From Podarcis cretensis (Eukaryota), in NCBI GenBank assembly GCA_951804945.1, contig OX638154.1:63550001-63614000 (forward strand): a stretch of 64,000 bases of DNA, read 5' to 3'. Shown here one piece after another: positions 27,099-40,744 of this stretch. The position numbers and the translations under genes were made by a program. How positions within the stretch are numbered: the stretch's first letter is position 1; every line of letters begins with the position of its first letter. The notes under the pieces are model-generated. The model searched no databases. It worked only from the letters and a program-made list of their open reading frames with translations, and was not told where the DNA came from.

Positions 27099-29409
27099 AA
27101 TACATAATTTTATTTGTATGCTTCTTTTCCACAGTTCAAACCATGTTCAAACATGAAAAAATACATAACTGAAACTACAACATAACAAAAGTATCAGAAA
27201 CAATAAGTAAAATATATTTTTTTAAAAATCGACTGAACAATTTCCACATAAATCACAAGATACAAAAAAAACCCAACAGCAACCCCCAAACAACATTGCA
27301 GCCCAAGAGTCTGTTCCAGCCTCAGCTTTTGTAGCTGGAGTCAGTCAGGGCCCCACCCAACCAGGCCAGGTGGAAAAAGGCTTGCAAGGCAGGGAGCAGC
27401 ACTTCCAGGAATTGGTCAAGATGGTCATGGTCAAGGTCTGCCACAGTTTCTTCCATTGTTCTTGGAAGAAAGGTCACAGCTTTACCAAAAAGAGCATCGT
27501 GGGCACAATTGGAACTCAATAAAAAAAGTCTCATAAAACATTCCAGCTGTTAGGTTTCCATTAGATAAGGAATCCATTAGTGCATCTACACCAAAAAATG
27601 ATGAGGAACTTAGCTTTTGAAAAACTCATATCTCAGATTCCACTGTTTCTCCGTATGTGCTTCTAAAACAGCAAGGCAGGGCCCTGTCGCTTGCAATTTA
27701 ACAGAGACACGGAAAGAAAGTTGATGGGGACAAGGTTCCACCAATCTAGAAAAAAACCACAGCAAGCAAATGAGTTAAGGGGCCTTTCAACGTAGCAGCA
27801 AGAGGGAGCTAACCAGATGTCTGGGGGCAGAGAATTCCAGTACCAAGCTAGAAAGCAATAAAGATAGGCAAGAGATGATACAAATCTGGTTTCAATTTGA
27901 TTTCACTTAGCTGTTTTTCTACAGTTTGCCAAGAACAGCTTAGGATGTTACAGTCCCTAGCCATTCACTTAATTTTATATTTCATTATAGCTTGAGTGTT
28001 GGGGAGGCCAGTAGACTGTCACTTTAGGGCTGAATTTACAGACATGACAGGGACCATGGGAAAAAGCGCTTGGTTGTTCCATGCATGCCCTGTCACGTCT
28101 AAATGTAGTTACGACATGATTTGCTAATTTGCATACTAGCACAGTCATGATTGATGGCCTCGAAGGGTGCACTGCTGTCGTGCTAACTCTACATGTAATG
28201 AGCCGGCTCGGATGCTATGTGTGGAAAATGCACCTTTGGCCACTGTCACGCCTGTTTCCCTTCTTTTAGATGACTTTGTCATAAGCAGGTGTGTGAAGCA
28301 CATCAGTCACATAAAATTTTCATAGCAATTCAGTGTGGAAAAGAAAAGAAAATGAATGAATGGATTATATTAATAGTGCTTAATAAGAATTGATGTTGCT
28401 CCATGTTTATATAGATTATAAACTAAAATGAAATTTTTTAGGAGATGAATCAGACTACTGGTTGATGAAAAAGCTGGTGCAATAGGGAGCAATCCTATAT
28501 TCATAGGGGCAAGTTCCATTGAATTTGGCAGGGGTTCCTTCTGCATTTACATGTATCATCAGATTACTGTGACTTATAAAATTGTCTAAGAAATAGTATC
28601 TATTCTCATCCATTTTCTATGCAATTAGCTTTGAAATTAGCAAGATTATGTTGTAACTGTGTCCTTCTTACTTCAGAGATGGCCAAGAAAAGAGAGGCTT
28701 GCATATAACCTTAAGTAAAGTGAAAACTATTTTGAAAGGGAGACCGACATTTTAGCATTGCAATTTCAAAAACCTGACTAATAAATATTTTATGCGAAGT
28801 GAACCATCCTCAAAAATTAAATATGAATGAGTTTAAGGAAACCTTCCTCTTCTATAGTAGAATGGAAATTCTGTAATTTCAGGAATCAATGTATGCTGTG
28901 GATTCAAGTTTCTTTCAAATTAGTAAGACATTGCACCCATGATTGGCATAGGGGTATCCTAAATAATGAAAATAATATATAAATATGATGTTTGGAAGGA
29001 AATTGCATTATAGTGTTTACTTTGAATAAACAGGTATGCTTTTCCTAAGGACATATAAATCTTTTTTTTGTTGCAATTCATCAGATAGGCGAAGTGACAA
29101 GTGATTTATACACCCACCCCAATCTGTAATAGAAATTGTTTTAATTGTAGCAATTTGTCAAAAGCAGTAGTTCTTGCGTAATTTAGGGTAGCTGACTGAG
29201 AGAAAGCAGTTGGATATAATTGATAATTACTGGGAAATAGTCCCAGCCTTTCACTTCCTAATTTATAAGTTTAAAAATATGTCTACTCACCAGCGTTGCA
29301 GGTTTCATACAGTCTGCAAATCTGGGTCAGGAATGTTTTCTTTTTCTTTTTAAAACCTTAAATAAAATACCCTTTCAAGCCCATACGACTTTCCTTTGCA
29401 AGTGAGCAA

Positions 29410-29503
29410 TTAGGATGTAATGCTGAACATGCTTACCTGGGAGCGTGCCCCGTTAAACTCAGTGCAGCTTACTCCTGAGTAGACATACGTAGCACTGCAG
29501 TGT
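29410..29503. repeat. Ancient short palindromic MITE-like repeat (other copies near 2870, 3200, 9243, 13105, 28487, 42410, 58195)
   Basis: Recurrent ACTTACCTGGGAG...CCCATTGAACTCAGTGGGACTTACTYCTGAGTAGACAT-like core. Confidence 0.6.
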
Positions 29504-31391
29504 TAGTGGAGCAGGCAAGGAAATGGGACACTCCCCCCCCCCCCCGCACCTGAGGATGTGGTTTTTCATTTCTTCAGTTTGTATCCTTGAGTGTTGCAGC
29601 AGTTAATATCTCCAGACCTAACAGTAATAGTTCTTGTTGGAGGAGGCGGTGTGGGGAGTATTGCTGTAAAGTACACTTGATTTCAGCTTTTCAGTGATTC
29701 AGTATAAGCAATAGAATAATTAGGATGACCCGTTAAATAAACTGTTCTTGACGTAAAGCTGGCGATAGATGGCTTTCAGTACTAAACCACAGGAATTTTG
29801 ACCACATGCTAAAGATTTGTGTATGGTTTTGTTAAAAAGCAGGAGACAAACCCTCCCAATGGCTACATGGCGATATTACTTGTGTGGAAAGTGGCAATTT
29901 TATCTTGTGGGTGGCTGGTTTTTAAGCTTAGGATAACATTCCGGGTATCTGTAGTCTGAAACTTGTGCCATAATAAACTTGTTAGTCTTGTTTTGTTGCA
30001 ACAGCTTACTACACTGTTACCCCACTGAATATTATAAATTCTTCTTTATGAAGCTGAATTCCAAACATTTTAAACTTTTTCACTTCTAGGCATTTCCCCC
30101 TGTTCTGTTTGTGCCACCATAAATTTGTTAATATCAAGACTCCAAAGGTGGTGAGAGTTTTTCTTTTAAAAAAAGGAAATAATGAGGTGTTTGTTTTCAA
30201 AGGTGTGCAATAGAAACTACTCCAGGTTGACTCTGAGGTGTCTACATAGCTATTGCCAAGATTGTAAATCTGCGGTGTCATTTTTCGTATGTGGAAAGAC
30301 ATTTAGATAAGTTCAGAGACTAATACCTTGTGCCTAGGCTGTATCTATATAAGCAGCCTATAAGGTACTCCTTGTTAGCTTGGGTTATTGCAAAACAGAT
30401 AGTGCTGAAGTTTAAAAGTATATAACTTTGAATCCAAAGTTAGCATTCGTTTGTTCATTTTGTGAATTCTTTATATTTTAACCTTTGATTTTCAGCAATG
30501 TTTTGTTTATATTTTCTTTTCTTAGCATGCCACCTTTAGCAATGTTCACTTAAATATTGAATGAATGTTCTTTGTCGTCCTTCAGTAACTTATTTTCAGG
30601 GTGATTCACTTTTATTTATGTAAACAATGACAACACAAGAACTTTAATGTACTCATGCACTGCACTCCCAGCATGTGAAAACTATATATTTCCAGCTTTG
30701 CCTGTACTGATCAGATTTATAGTGCATACAGCATTGCATGTACTGGACCTTTTTTTTCTTGTGGAGTATGAAATTACACAGGCTTATCCCATGCCATTAG
30801 AGTTGTGAGTGTGCAGCCTGTCTTGTGATTGATAGATCTATAAAGTAGAGAAACACAGCGCCAAGAATGAAACGAAACTCTCGACATGAACATAATCCTT
30901 CTGAGGCCAACATTCCTCTTAGATTCTGATAGGGTTTTCCTGTTTTCTGTCTTTTAATAAATATCCATGAAGAACAAAACAGAAGTCCCCAATTGTATTA
31001 GAATGGTTTCTCATATGACGAAGCAGCAACTCCTGGCTCATATTTTGGGAACTGAGAAAAGAAAAGTGAGTTAACTGGCAAGTCAACTTACTCAGCTAGT
31101 GCAAAGCAAGACATTGGTGACCAGGAGTTACAGCTTCATGATCGTGGAGATGGAATACTTCAATTTTATACCTGTGTTGGTTTCTGCAAAAATTGTACAG
31201 GTGATGGCATCTGCATTTTGCAGCTGTTTCAAGTATGTGACCCCATAGCAATTGCTAGTACTGTATGTAACTGAGTCTCTTCCTTCCTTGGTTTGCCTCA
31301 GTAGCAACAGCCTTTCAGGTGGCTGAGCAGCATAGGTAGCCTCCCTTTGTGCTCATTGTTAGTGCCATGACTACTAGAAACAAACACATTA

Positions 31392-31534
31392 CCGTATTGG
31401 CCCGAATACAAGCCTCACCTGAATTTAAGCATCACCTTTAAAATTTGGTGCCTTGGGGGAGGCTTGGGAGCCATGGACGTGACGGGCGCTGTTGCCCTGT
31501 GCTCCTGACGGCCAATATATTCAGGCCAATATGG
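31392..31534. mobile_element. Tc1/mariner-type MITE (CCGTATTGGCCC TIR)
   Basis: TA+CCGTATTGGCCCGAATA...TATTCAGGCCAATATGG+TA. Confidence 0.8.
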
Positions 31535-31949
31535 TATTTAAAGACAGAGCCACATGATGGGAAGCCTCACTTCCATTGGTGGCTGCTGCTTGCCTTCTTA
31601 ATTTACCCCAAATGCCCTAGCCTATAGATCTATGAAACGTCAACTGGGCACTGGGACTGGGCCTGACAAAAGAGAAAAGAACAAAACTTGGCTTTAGATT
31701 GTGATCTAGGAGGAGAGAGCTTAACCAAGTCTGAGCTTGGGCAATATGCTAAGCTTAGCTGCCACTCTACATTGACCTGAAAGTACTAGGGAGGATCAAC
31801 ACGGCTGCACTCTCCTCCTGGGCACCCAACGTGCTAATGACAAGCCATGATTTGACTTAACACTACTGTACATGGGAACCTGGCCATTGCATTCTACTTA
31901 GAATATTTATATGTATTTGTTAATTTGTACTTTGTGCTAATTTGTTATA

Positions 31950-32201
31950 CAGTCATACCTCTTGTTACGTTTGCTTCAGATTAAGTCTTTTCGGGTTGCA
32001 TCCCACGGCGACCCGGAAGTACTGGAAAGGGTTACTTCCAGGTTTCGCCGCTCGTGCATGCGCAGACGTGCAAAATGACGTTACGCGTATGCACAGAAGT
32101 GGCGAATTGCGAGCCATGCGTGTGCAGACGCGGGTTGCATTCCTTTCAGGTTGCGAACGGGGCTCCAGAACGGATCCTGTTCGCAACCAGAGGTACCACT
32201 G
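31950..32201. mobile_element. Related Tigger-like MITE with a different GC-rich interior
   Basis: CAGTCATACCTCTTGTT...AACCAGAGGTACCACTG with TA flanks and a quasi-palindromic CpG-rich core. Confidence 0.85.
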
Positions 32202-34024
32202 TAAATTTCAGAATTGCTTTTGTACTGGAAATGCTCCTCTATCTTTTACAATTGGACACTGTACCATTTGATAATGGCATTTTTGGACTCTTGAGTGTGG
32301 CTCTCCCCTTCTCCCCACCCCCACCCCGTTATGTCATTCTGTTCTTGACCTCTATTGAGAATATAGGAATCCACTGGATAATTATCTACTATTATTGTAG
32401 ATTATAGTAAATATATTTCCCTTGTCCCCTACTCCCAGGCTCAAGATGAAGAAAATTAATAGTGTATGGAGGTTTATTTCCACCATCTGCTTTATATTCT
32501 GAGGTTGCATAACATCAATTTTAGTTTTCTGTAAGATTGCCATGCGCATTGTCATGAGTATAACGTTAGTCAAATTACATAGACTAAATGCTGAATCGTT
32601 TTAACATGTGGAACTAATTTTTTTTCCTTCCCCCCTCCCCTTCTTTGGCTTCAAAAAAAGTATCTTGATGACATTTTTGGTAGTTTTCCAGCTCTTCTTT
32701 ACTCAAGGTAAATAGGGGTTTCGAAGAGGTTATGTCTAGAAATACCGTGTCCCAGTTGGGGCTTCAAGCTTTTCCCCCTACGTTTTTAATGGTCTCCGTT
32801 TGGATGTCTTCAAGTAACTGAGCATAGCTTTGAGCAATTACACTATCCCATTGACGTCTATAAATAAAATAAAGCAGAGTGCAGAAAGCCTCTGCCAGCT
32901 TAGGTTCTTTCAGAAATAGAGCCTAGTGGAACAGCCTCTTACATTGGTATAATCTGTTGTGGTAATAATAACTTGCTATTCACCCTTTTGGGATGTTTGG
33001 GCAAGGGTTTGATTGGCACAAGTCACTGCGAAAAGGAAGTGAAGGACTGATGTAATAAAGGAATTAAGAATTGGAGAAACTTTCCCTAAGTCTCCTTTTC
33101 GTCCATTTTGGTTTTGTTTTGTTTCTAAGATTCTCCCCCAAATGCTAAATCCAGCTAAGGGTTTGAAAATCTGTTTAATGAAGATGCTAGGTTAAATATG
33201 CTGGCTTGTATGAGATACAGGTATATAGGCTTTCTTAAGCAGTGCTGCAGTGTGCCAGCCATGCTGCCTCTCCAGGATTCCTCTTCACCTAGTTAAGATG
33301 CTCCCTGTCTTTTGTCCTCCCTCCTCTGTTCCTTAGCAAACTCCGGCCCCCATCAAAAGACAGAAAGCAAGTCATACAGGTGGATGTGGAAATAAGGGTT
33401 CTAACTAGCACATTTATTTGCTCAGTGCTACCTGTCTCTTTTTTTTACAATCAACCAAAACTAAAACCAATCAACAAAACAACAGTTTGATCAAATATAA
33501 CAATTCAGAGCAGCAAAAGCAAGCATCAAAACTAATTGGACCAAAACCAAAGAGAATACAACAGTCTTCAGTTGGTGCCCAAGTTATATAGGGAGCACGA
33601 GCCTTAATTACAGTACTGGCACAGAAGAGGACTTATCTCCACTTCCTATATTCAAGGGATAAGGCAGAAAAGGAATGGTATGAGTGGTTAGACTTTGCTC
33701 GTTTCAACTGTAGTTGGGAGGGGAAGTGTTTTGCCCCGTATTGGGAAATTGTTTCTGCTTCAGGGTTAGCTGTGTGTATGTTTGTGTACTTTCTTTAGTT
33801 TTATAAAATGTCATAGGAAAGGGTTGACTCCTCCCCACCCCCAGCTTTGCTGCTACAGTGCAAATTATAGCATCACTGAGGCTGCTTTTAAGTAAAAATA
33901 AATAAATGTTAGATCTGGTCACATGTAGTTTGGCCATGAGCCTAGTCAGGGTAGAGCTGTTGTTCCTCTTTTCCTCCCATCCCCACAAATGGCGATCTAG
34001 AATCAGCACAGATGCATGGAGCAG

Positions 34025-34470
34025 TATGCATTCTCAGATTTATTTAGTTATAAAAATTGTATACAGCTTAATGTAATGAACATCTCCAAGTGGTTTACAT
34101 AGAAGTAATTAAAGCAGAACACCATTTAATAAAACTGAGCATTAAAAATTCATTACTTTTAAAATATTAAAAAGAGCCTATAATTAGAAAGTAGGAGTTG
34201 GTAAGAGTCTAGGCAAACTTGCATAAACCTAAGTTTTTGAGAGTTGTTTTAAGATGACCACTTCATGACTGAGGGTTGGTATTCCAAAGACTGGATGCCA
34301 TCACTGAGAGAGCCCACTTTTGCAGTGTCCCCAAGGGACAGTCTGCTGATTGTGAAATGACCAGTAGGTCATCCATAAGAAAATCTTACAGGTGAGCTTG
34401 GTCTGTATCAGGGGACATAGTTCTGTTAGATGTCCTTGTCCCAAGTTGTTTACAGCTTTAAAAGTCAACC
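34025..34470 (-). mobile_element. Old L2-clade 3' fragment
   Basis: TTTATTTA tail followed by sequence similar to the other L2 copies (TTCCAAAGACTGGATGCCATCACTGAGAGAGCCC). Confidence 0.55.
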
Positions 34471-36154
34471 ACAAACTAATAGACCATGTACTATGTTACT
34501 AGGCTGGTTTACATTTTGATAAAGCATATGGTACAATTAGTTATAATATTAAGAGTTCACAATTTGCTGCTCATGGTGAGAGCCTGGATGGGTTCGAGAG
34601 TGGCAGTGAAGGTGCTCAAAAGACAGAATGAGAGTCTGTTAGCACAGAGTGGGGCCCTCTCTCTGATTGAGGGAGGGGTAAGTGAGTGGGTTGCATTGCA
34701 CCAAGTAAGAAATGGTGTGGGAACTATTGATAAGGCCATTTGTTTTTCCAGTGAATTGAATGTCCTGTTTTCTTCATCCACGTATTTTGTTAAATCGGAA
34801 TTTCTAATTGTTGTAGTTTAGGTTTTTTTGCTGTATAATGGAGCTGTTTATTTGTTTGATGTTTATTGGACATACTTTGATGGATTTTGCAATTTCTGTT
34901 TATTGCTTTCCCCCTGTATATTATTATTTTACTTCATTGTTCCCCGCTCTGGAATCGACAATATTCAATGAAGAGTGAATTATAAGTACTTCAGATAAAT
35001 GTATAAATAAACCCAGCAGTTTTGTATATGCCATTCATGTTTAAACACGAATCAATGATGGTAATTTGTCAGATATTCCACATACAGTATAGATAAATTC
35101 GCGTATGCCACATTTTCAAAGTGTGTGGTGCAAAGTGCATGCAGAACTGCACTGCATTATCCATATCAAAGGGCCCAACTACATATAACTCCAATCATGC
35201 TGCTTGCAATCACACAATTTTTCCTTCATTTAATTACAGGAACCATGGGGAGAAAAGATAGGACATTTCAGTGATCACAGTATTCATATGCTGCTGTTAG
35301 GTAGCAAAAATTAAGATTTGAAGCAAACATTTTCATAGTGGAAATTTTTATACTTTTTTTTTGACTCAAACTCTCACTTGAAAACATAAGCTAAGTAACC
35401 AAACAAGTGATTATTGGTACTCTTTTTTCCTAACATTATTTTTAATGCTTCTTCATAGATCTGTAAAAGCTCAGGTTAAGGGCTAGCTTCGTATTATGGC
35501 TAGAAACCTCAGTGTTAGCTAAGAGGCTATTTCTTTGTTTCCTTTGATGTCCAGATATTCAGCAATTTGTGAGAGGAAAAGAAAATGCAGTTCATTTTGC
35601 ATCAAAATGACACCTTTAATGTATTTTCTTCTGATGTTAAATTAGCTTCTCTAAATTGGGTGGGGTGGGAAAGGTTTGTTTGTAGTCTTAGAAACTGATC
35701 AGAGCGTTTAATAAAGGGGATAGAATGAGAGGAAGTTTCAGTGTTGGGCTTTTTCATAATAGTTGTATCTTGCCTTTTTAATCCTTTTAGGCTCACTGGG
35801 ACTTGTAAACTCAGAAGATTTACTGCCGCCCTCTCCAGGGGTGGCCTTAGCATTAAGAGTTCAAATTTCATAAATTCCTGAAGTCCCCAAGAGGGAAAGG
35901 AATAAGGGAAAGTGACAGTCATAAGATCAGTGGAACAAAATGTAAGATTATTCCACAGTGTTTTCTATGACCAAGGATATGTCTTCCCTGAATGATGGCA
36001 AGAGGAGTGCTGCGGATAGAATTTGACCTGCCAAACTGCTGCTTATATCTTTATTTGCTTAGATGCTACATCTAGTTCAGATAAGGTACTTGCATCCTTA
36101 GCTGTGAATCGCCTTTTTTGCTACACCTCTGTGATTTTTGGATGGAGGGTGGTA

Positions 36155-36395
36155 CAGTGGTACCTCGGGTTAAGAACTTAATTCGTTCTGGAGGTCCGTT
36201 CTTAACCTGAAACTGTTCTTAACCTGATATACCACTTTAGCTAATGGAGCCTCCCGCTGTCGCCACGGCGCTGCTGTACGATTTCTGTTTTCATCCTGAA
36301 GCAAAGTTCTTAACTCGAGGTACTGTTTCTGGGTTAGTGGAGTCTATAACCTGAAGTGTCTGTAACCTGAAGCGTCTGTAACCCGAGGTACACTG
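36155..36395. mobile_element. Second copy of the Tigger-like MITE, inserted in an L2-like 3' tail
   Basis: Same TIRs (1-nt deletion in the right TIR), TA TSD and high similarity to 14656-14881. Carries an extra AACCTGAAGYGTCTGT unit. Confidence 0.9.
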
Positions 36396-36966
36396 TATAT
36401 AAATTGAAGAAGCTAATAAACTAAAACTCTGTAAAGCACTGCACACAAAGTGTGGCACTCAAAGAACTAAACCGGACACCAAAATTAATATGATGAAGTG
36501 TTTTGAATCTGTTGTTGCTCGATGTAGTCAACAATACATTTTATCTTTTAGAATAAGGTGCTTGGAAAGCAATTTAATCTTAATATTAACACATATGGCA
36601 CACTTAGGATCAAATTACTGCAGTTCTTTGGCAGTGGGTTACACTCCCACCTTAGTTAAATGTACTGTACTTAATTTGTTCCTTTTCCCTTTACCCCCCA
36701 AAAATGCTCTTTACCATTTGTCTTTGGTCCCATATATCTTTAAAATAAATCATTGTCGGCTTTGCCTGTATGCCTATGATTGAAATGCATTTTTTAAGTA
36801 GTTGAGCTTAATCGTGATTTAAACTATTGATTTAATATGAGTTTCCCAATTTGTAACATTTATTTCCTGAACAAAAGAGTGCATATTATACAGTTGTGAT
36901 TACAGTTAATACAGATTGGTCTGCAAGTAAATGAAGTTTTTATGATACAAGAAGCATTATCTAAAA

Positions 36967-37232
36967 CAGGGGTCAGCAACCTAAAGACCATAGGCCGGAA
37001 GCAGCGCTTGGAGGTCATTTGACCAGCCCATGAGCTGCCCCGCTCTCTCATGCGCTGTGCTAAGCCAGCGCGGCACGGGAACTTGCTTCTGCAGCGCCGG
37101 AAATCACATCTGCACACGTGCAGACGCTGGAAATTGTGGGTGCACGCGCTCATGCACTTGCACAATCCAGCCCACGGACAGATCTCTGCGGGACCGATCC
37201 GGCCCAGGCAAGATAAACCTTGCCAACCCCTG
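36967..37232. mobile_element. hAT MITE (CAGGGGTC TIR family)
   Basis: CAGGGGTCAGCAA...TTGCCAACCCCTG with TSD ATCTAAAA/ATCCAAAA. Confidence 0.88.
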
Positions 37233-37297
37233 ATCCAAAAACTCTGACCAGGAAGCACAGATGTATTTTTGTGCCACATAATTATAGCTGCTTAGAG

Positions 37298-37435
37298 CAG
37301 AGATGAGGAGCCTATAGCCCTCCATTTGGTGCTGGACTCCAGCTTCCTTAACCACTGACAATTGGCAATGCTGTCTGGGGTTGATGGGAGTTGGAGTCCA
37401 AGGGCATCTGGAGGACCACAGGTCCCCCACCCCTA
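37298..37435. mobile_element. Degenerate palindromic hAT MITE (related old copies near 4750-4885, 12208-12315, 44700-44780)
   Basis: Shares the CCCTCCAGATGTTGNTGGACTNCAACTCCCATCA...TGATGGGAGTTGGAGTCCA...CATCTGGAGG core. Confidence 0.65.
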
Positions 37436-39390
37436 GCTTGCCAGCTACAGAAGGAGGTAGGAGCATTGTAAAATGAAAGTAATTCAGATTGGGTTTTCTC
37501 TGTATGCATTCTCTTATCACTTATGTGAAGACAAGAGCCACACTCTTGGTTAAGCATGCTATATGGTAGCTCTTTGAATAACTGTGTTTCTACATGACAT
37601 GAAAAATAAGTATTCATGCTATTTTGTTGGTAGTTGTGAATATTCATAATTTGGCAGAATAATAAATGGTACATATGGGTACAGTATTTAGTTACATGAT
37701 ATAGGCATATTAACAATATAAATTTATGAGCCTATAGAATAAAATAAAATTCTAAGTTTAGAAAGTGTAGAAAATAAATGGGGAAAACGATCATAACCTT
37801 TTTTCCGTGGAAGTAATCTTTTTTTCTTTTAAAATACATATGTATTATGTAAAGCAGTCGTGATGCAAATGTAGTTACTTTGCCTATACTTCTCTACTGA
37901 TAAGAATAATAAATTTCTGTTTTGGCTTTGTACACAACTCTTTGCTAATTTGATCAATCTCTGTATACAGATGTCTGCAGAGGGAGAAAAAATGCTCCTT
38001 TGCACTCTAAACCATTTCCTCCAAACAGACTTCAAAGGGGCTCCTTGTAACTCCCAATTAGCTGATCAGCTGTTACAACAACCTCCTTTGGAGCTGGCAG
38101 TGTCAGCCAGCTGATTGGTGCAGTAAATGTATTTTATGAAGAGGTTGCTGTAACCATCAATCAGCAGATTGGCAGTTTTGGCAACCTCCCTTAAACATCT
38201 AAACTGCTTAGAGCCTATTTTGGCATTAAGTGGAACAACAACAACAACAACAACTGATTGACAGATAGGCATTCCTGCTCACCTGTCAATGTTTGCCTGC
38301 AGCTTCAGTTCTCCACCATCAGCCCAAAAGTAGGAAAGATAGATGGTTCTCAGGAGATGTTTGGCTTGTTACATGCATCCACTGAGTCCAAGATCCCCCT
38401 TCCTATTGCTTTGGGAACAGCCCATCACCAATAGTGAGGTGGTTACTGAAGGCCCTTGATGGCATTGGCTCAATGGAAGCTATGTACTGTCTCCTTTCTG
38501 CCCAAGCCAAGCCTCCTTAAGATCTTTGGGGGCAAAGATAGACTGAGCAGATGCCTGCCTCTGGGCTGGGAGCTAAGGTTGGATAGGCTTCCTCTCAATA
38601 ACCCAGTAGAAGCCTTGATTATTGCTTTGTAGGTAAAGGTTATCCACTTCTAAAACCTCTTAGCTCTCTCACTGCTGCTGACCCAGATGTAGGAAAGATA
38701 AAGGAGAAGACCAGCAAGACGTAGACTGGAGAACACGAGCGAGAAGGGAGGGTGCGAGCGGAGCTGGTTTGTGTACTGATGTGTGTGAGTAATATATAAA
38801 CAATTTAGTTTTGTCTCTCTGTAAGGAGCCTTCACTTTTTCCGTGCCGTTCCCTTCAACAACATGTATGTATACAGTGGGAAAAGGGAGGTACAGAATGC
38901 TGCTGCTCCTTTTCCACCGCAGGAGTCCCAAAGCAAAGCCCGTTGAGTATAAGTGAAATCTAGACAGGCTCCTAATGAAATTTAGAATGAGATTTTTTTT
39001 TTAAAAAAAAAAACCTTTTTGAAAAAGCTGCATTGCATTAAATGTATGGTATATGTAAACAATTACTTTATTTGGGGAAAGCCATGTTTGAAATGTGAAG
39101 CATAGCTATTTTAAATTCATACCACTTGCAATCAATGTCAGGCACTCTGGATGCAATATCCTATATATTTCCACAAAACACAAACATCTGTTTAATTTAA
39201 TTATGGAAGCGTATGTGTTTTTAATGAAACTGCTTTGGTTTTTCCGTCTCTTATTACCATAATTCTTTTAATCCTTAATCTTCTCTTTTATATTACCTGT
39301 TCCGTATGTAGCTGCTTTTTTCACCTAAATATGCTCAGTCACTGATATTATACCGATGTGTCTAATCAATCTTTCTTAATTTTATTACAG

Positions 39391-39453
39391 CGGATATTCA
39401 ACTCCTTTGTGTACACAGAAAAAATTTCAAATGGAGAAAGTGAAGTTCAGCAG
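39391..39453 (+). CDS. CACHD1: CACHD1 internal coding exon (probably exon 2), 63 nt, phase 0-0, RIFNSFVYTEKISNGESEVQQ
   Basis: Acceptor ctttcttaattttattacag| and donor CAG|gtaaga. The translation matches the recalled N-terminal region of vertebrate CACHD1 and joins in frame with the next two exons. Confidence 0.96.
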
Positions 39454-40744
39454 GTAAGAATTCCTTTGCTGATCAGCATTATATGGCAGTAACACTATAG
39501 TAGTAATCAACCTAAAATTTTATATCTGCAGTAGCTGGTTTCTGTTGTACGTTTGCTTTCGTATATGTCTAAAGTTATGATCTTTGTTTGTAAGTAGGAG
39601 TTGAAGTTTGATATATTTTGGCATTGGCAGATTTTAGTGCAGCTTACTATTTCATGAATTGCATGGTTCCCCCCCTTAAAAAGAGACAATTGAGGTTTGA
39701 CTGTCATTCTGCATCTCTCTCCCCCTTGATTCCTGTAGATGGCTGCATTCATACTAGACTAGGATTCTCTAGTAAAGTTTCTCTGAGTGGAGAAAACAGC
39801 ATTCAAACCTCCTGAAGTGTAAATAAGACAAAACAAAACAAAGGCAGTTCATCTGGAAGCACTTTTGCTTGTCCTCTGCCTGCGGGGAGGAAAACAGATC
39901 AAAGGATGATGGAATGAGCAGGGCCATGTGGGCCCACAGAGAAGGACCATTTGGAAGCAAAAAGCCCGCAGAAGAAACAAAAAGAAGATGCAACTGCGTC
40001 AATTATCCCAGTGCTGATGATAAACACAAGGGGCGGGTTACATGGCCTTCTACACTGCACTGATTAGAGCTGGCAAGGAGGTCATTGGGCCCTCTGTTTT
40101 CTGAAATGCTTATAGAAAGGATTTAAACTCCCCTCGTCCCTGTATGTTCCAAAGCATGCTAGGGCTTGTTCTAGGGTGTGTACTCCTTTCATATAGCGCT
40201 CCAGCTAGGCCTCTTGGGCTGAAGTGTCAACCTATGTGAACCGAGTTTTCCCTAGAAAACTTGGAGCTCACATGCAGCTGCACATTGTGGGGAAACTGTA
40301 CTGATTGCAGACCAGCTGACATTCCAGTGTTTGTCTGCCACAATTGATCTTCTCACAGATGAACTCTGGCAAGCTTCTCTGCAACCCCAGAATTCCTCAG
40401 ATAGAGAGCCACTGGCTTAGTGGCTATTGGGAAAAGAGTGGCAGAAGAAGAAGGCCTTTTCCTTCCTTTCCCCATGAGAAATCTCTCTTACGCATTAGTG
40501 TGAAGAGAAGAGAAGTGTTTTTAAACGGGAAAATAGAGTTGATCGATCTTCCATTATTCTTTGGGGAAATGAAAGATGCTGCCACTTAATTCTCATTTGT
40601 GTCTGGAATAGAGGCTAGAATCTTAATCTAAAGCAAGCACCCTTCTTTTCATATCAGGTTAATTTCCAAACTAACAAAAACAACATTTAAAAGTTTTACC
40701 TCATTTCTCATCCCATATTTTACTGGTAATGTAAATTTAGTGTT

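Larger units (their letters stand above)
1..39390 (+). other. CACHD1: 3' part of the long CACHD1 intron 1 (signal-peptide exon 1 lies upstream of the window)
   Basis: No CpG island or signal-peptide exon is seen upstream of the RIFNSF exon. The region is repeat-rich and non-coding. Confidence 0.8.

Noticed and set aside
31950-32201. CpG-rich patches as CpG-island promoters (also 36967-37232, 58447-58727)
   Set aside because: Each coincides exactly with a MITE bounded by TIRs and TSDs.
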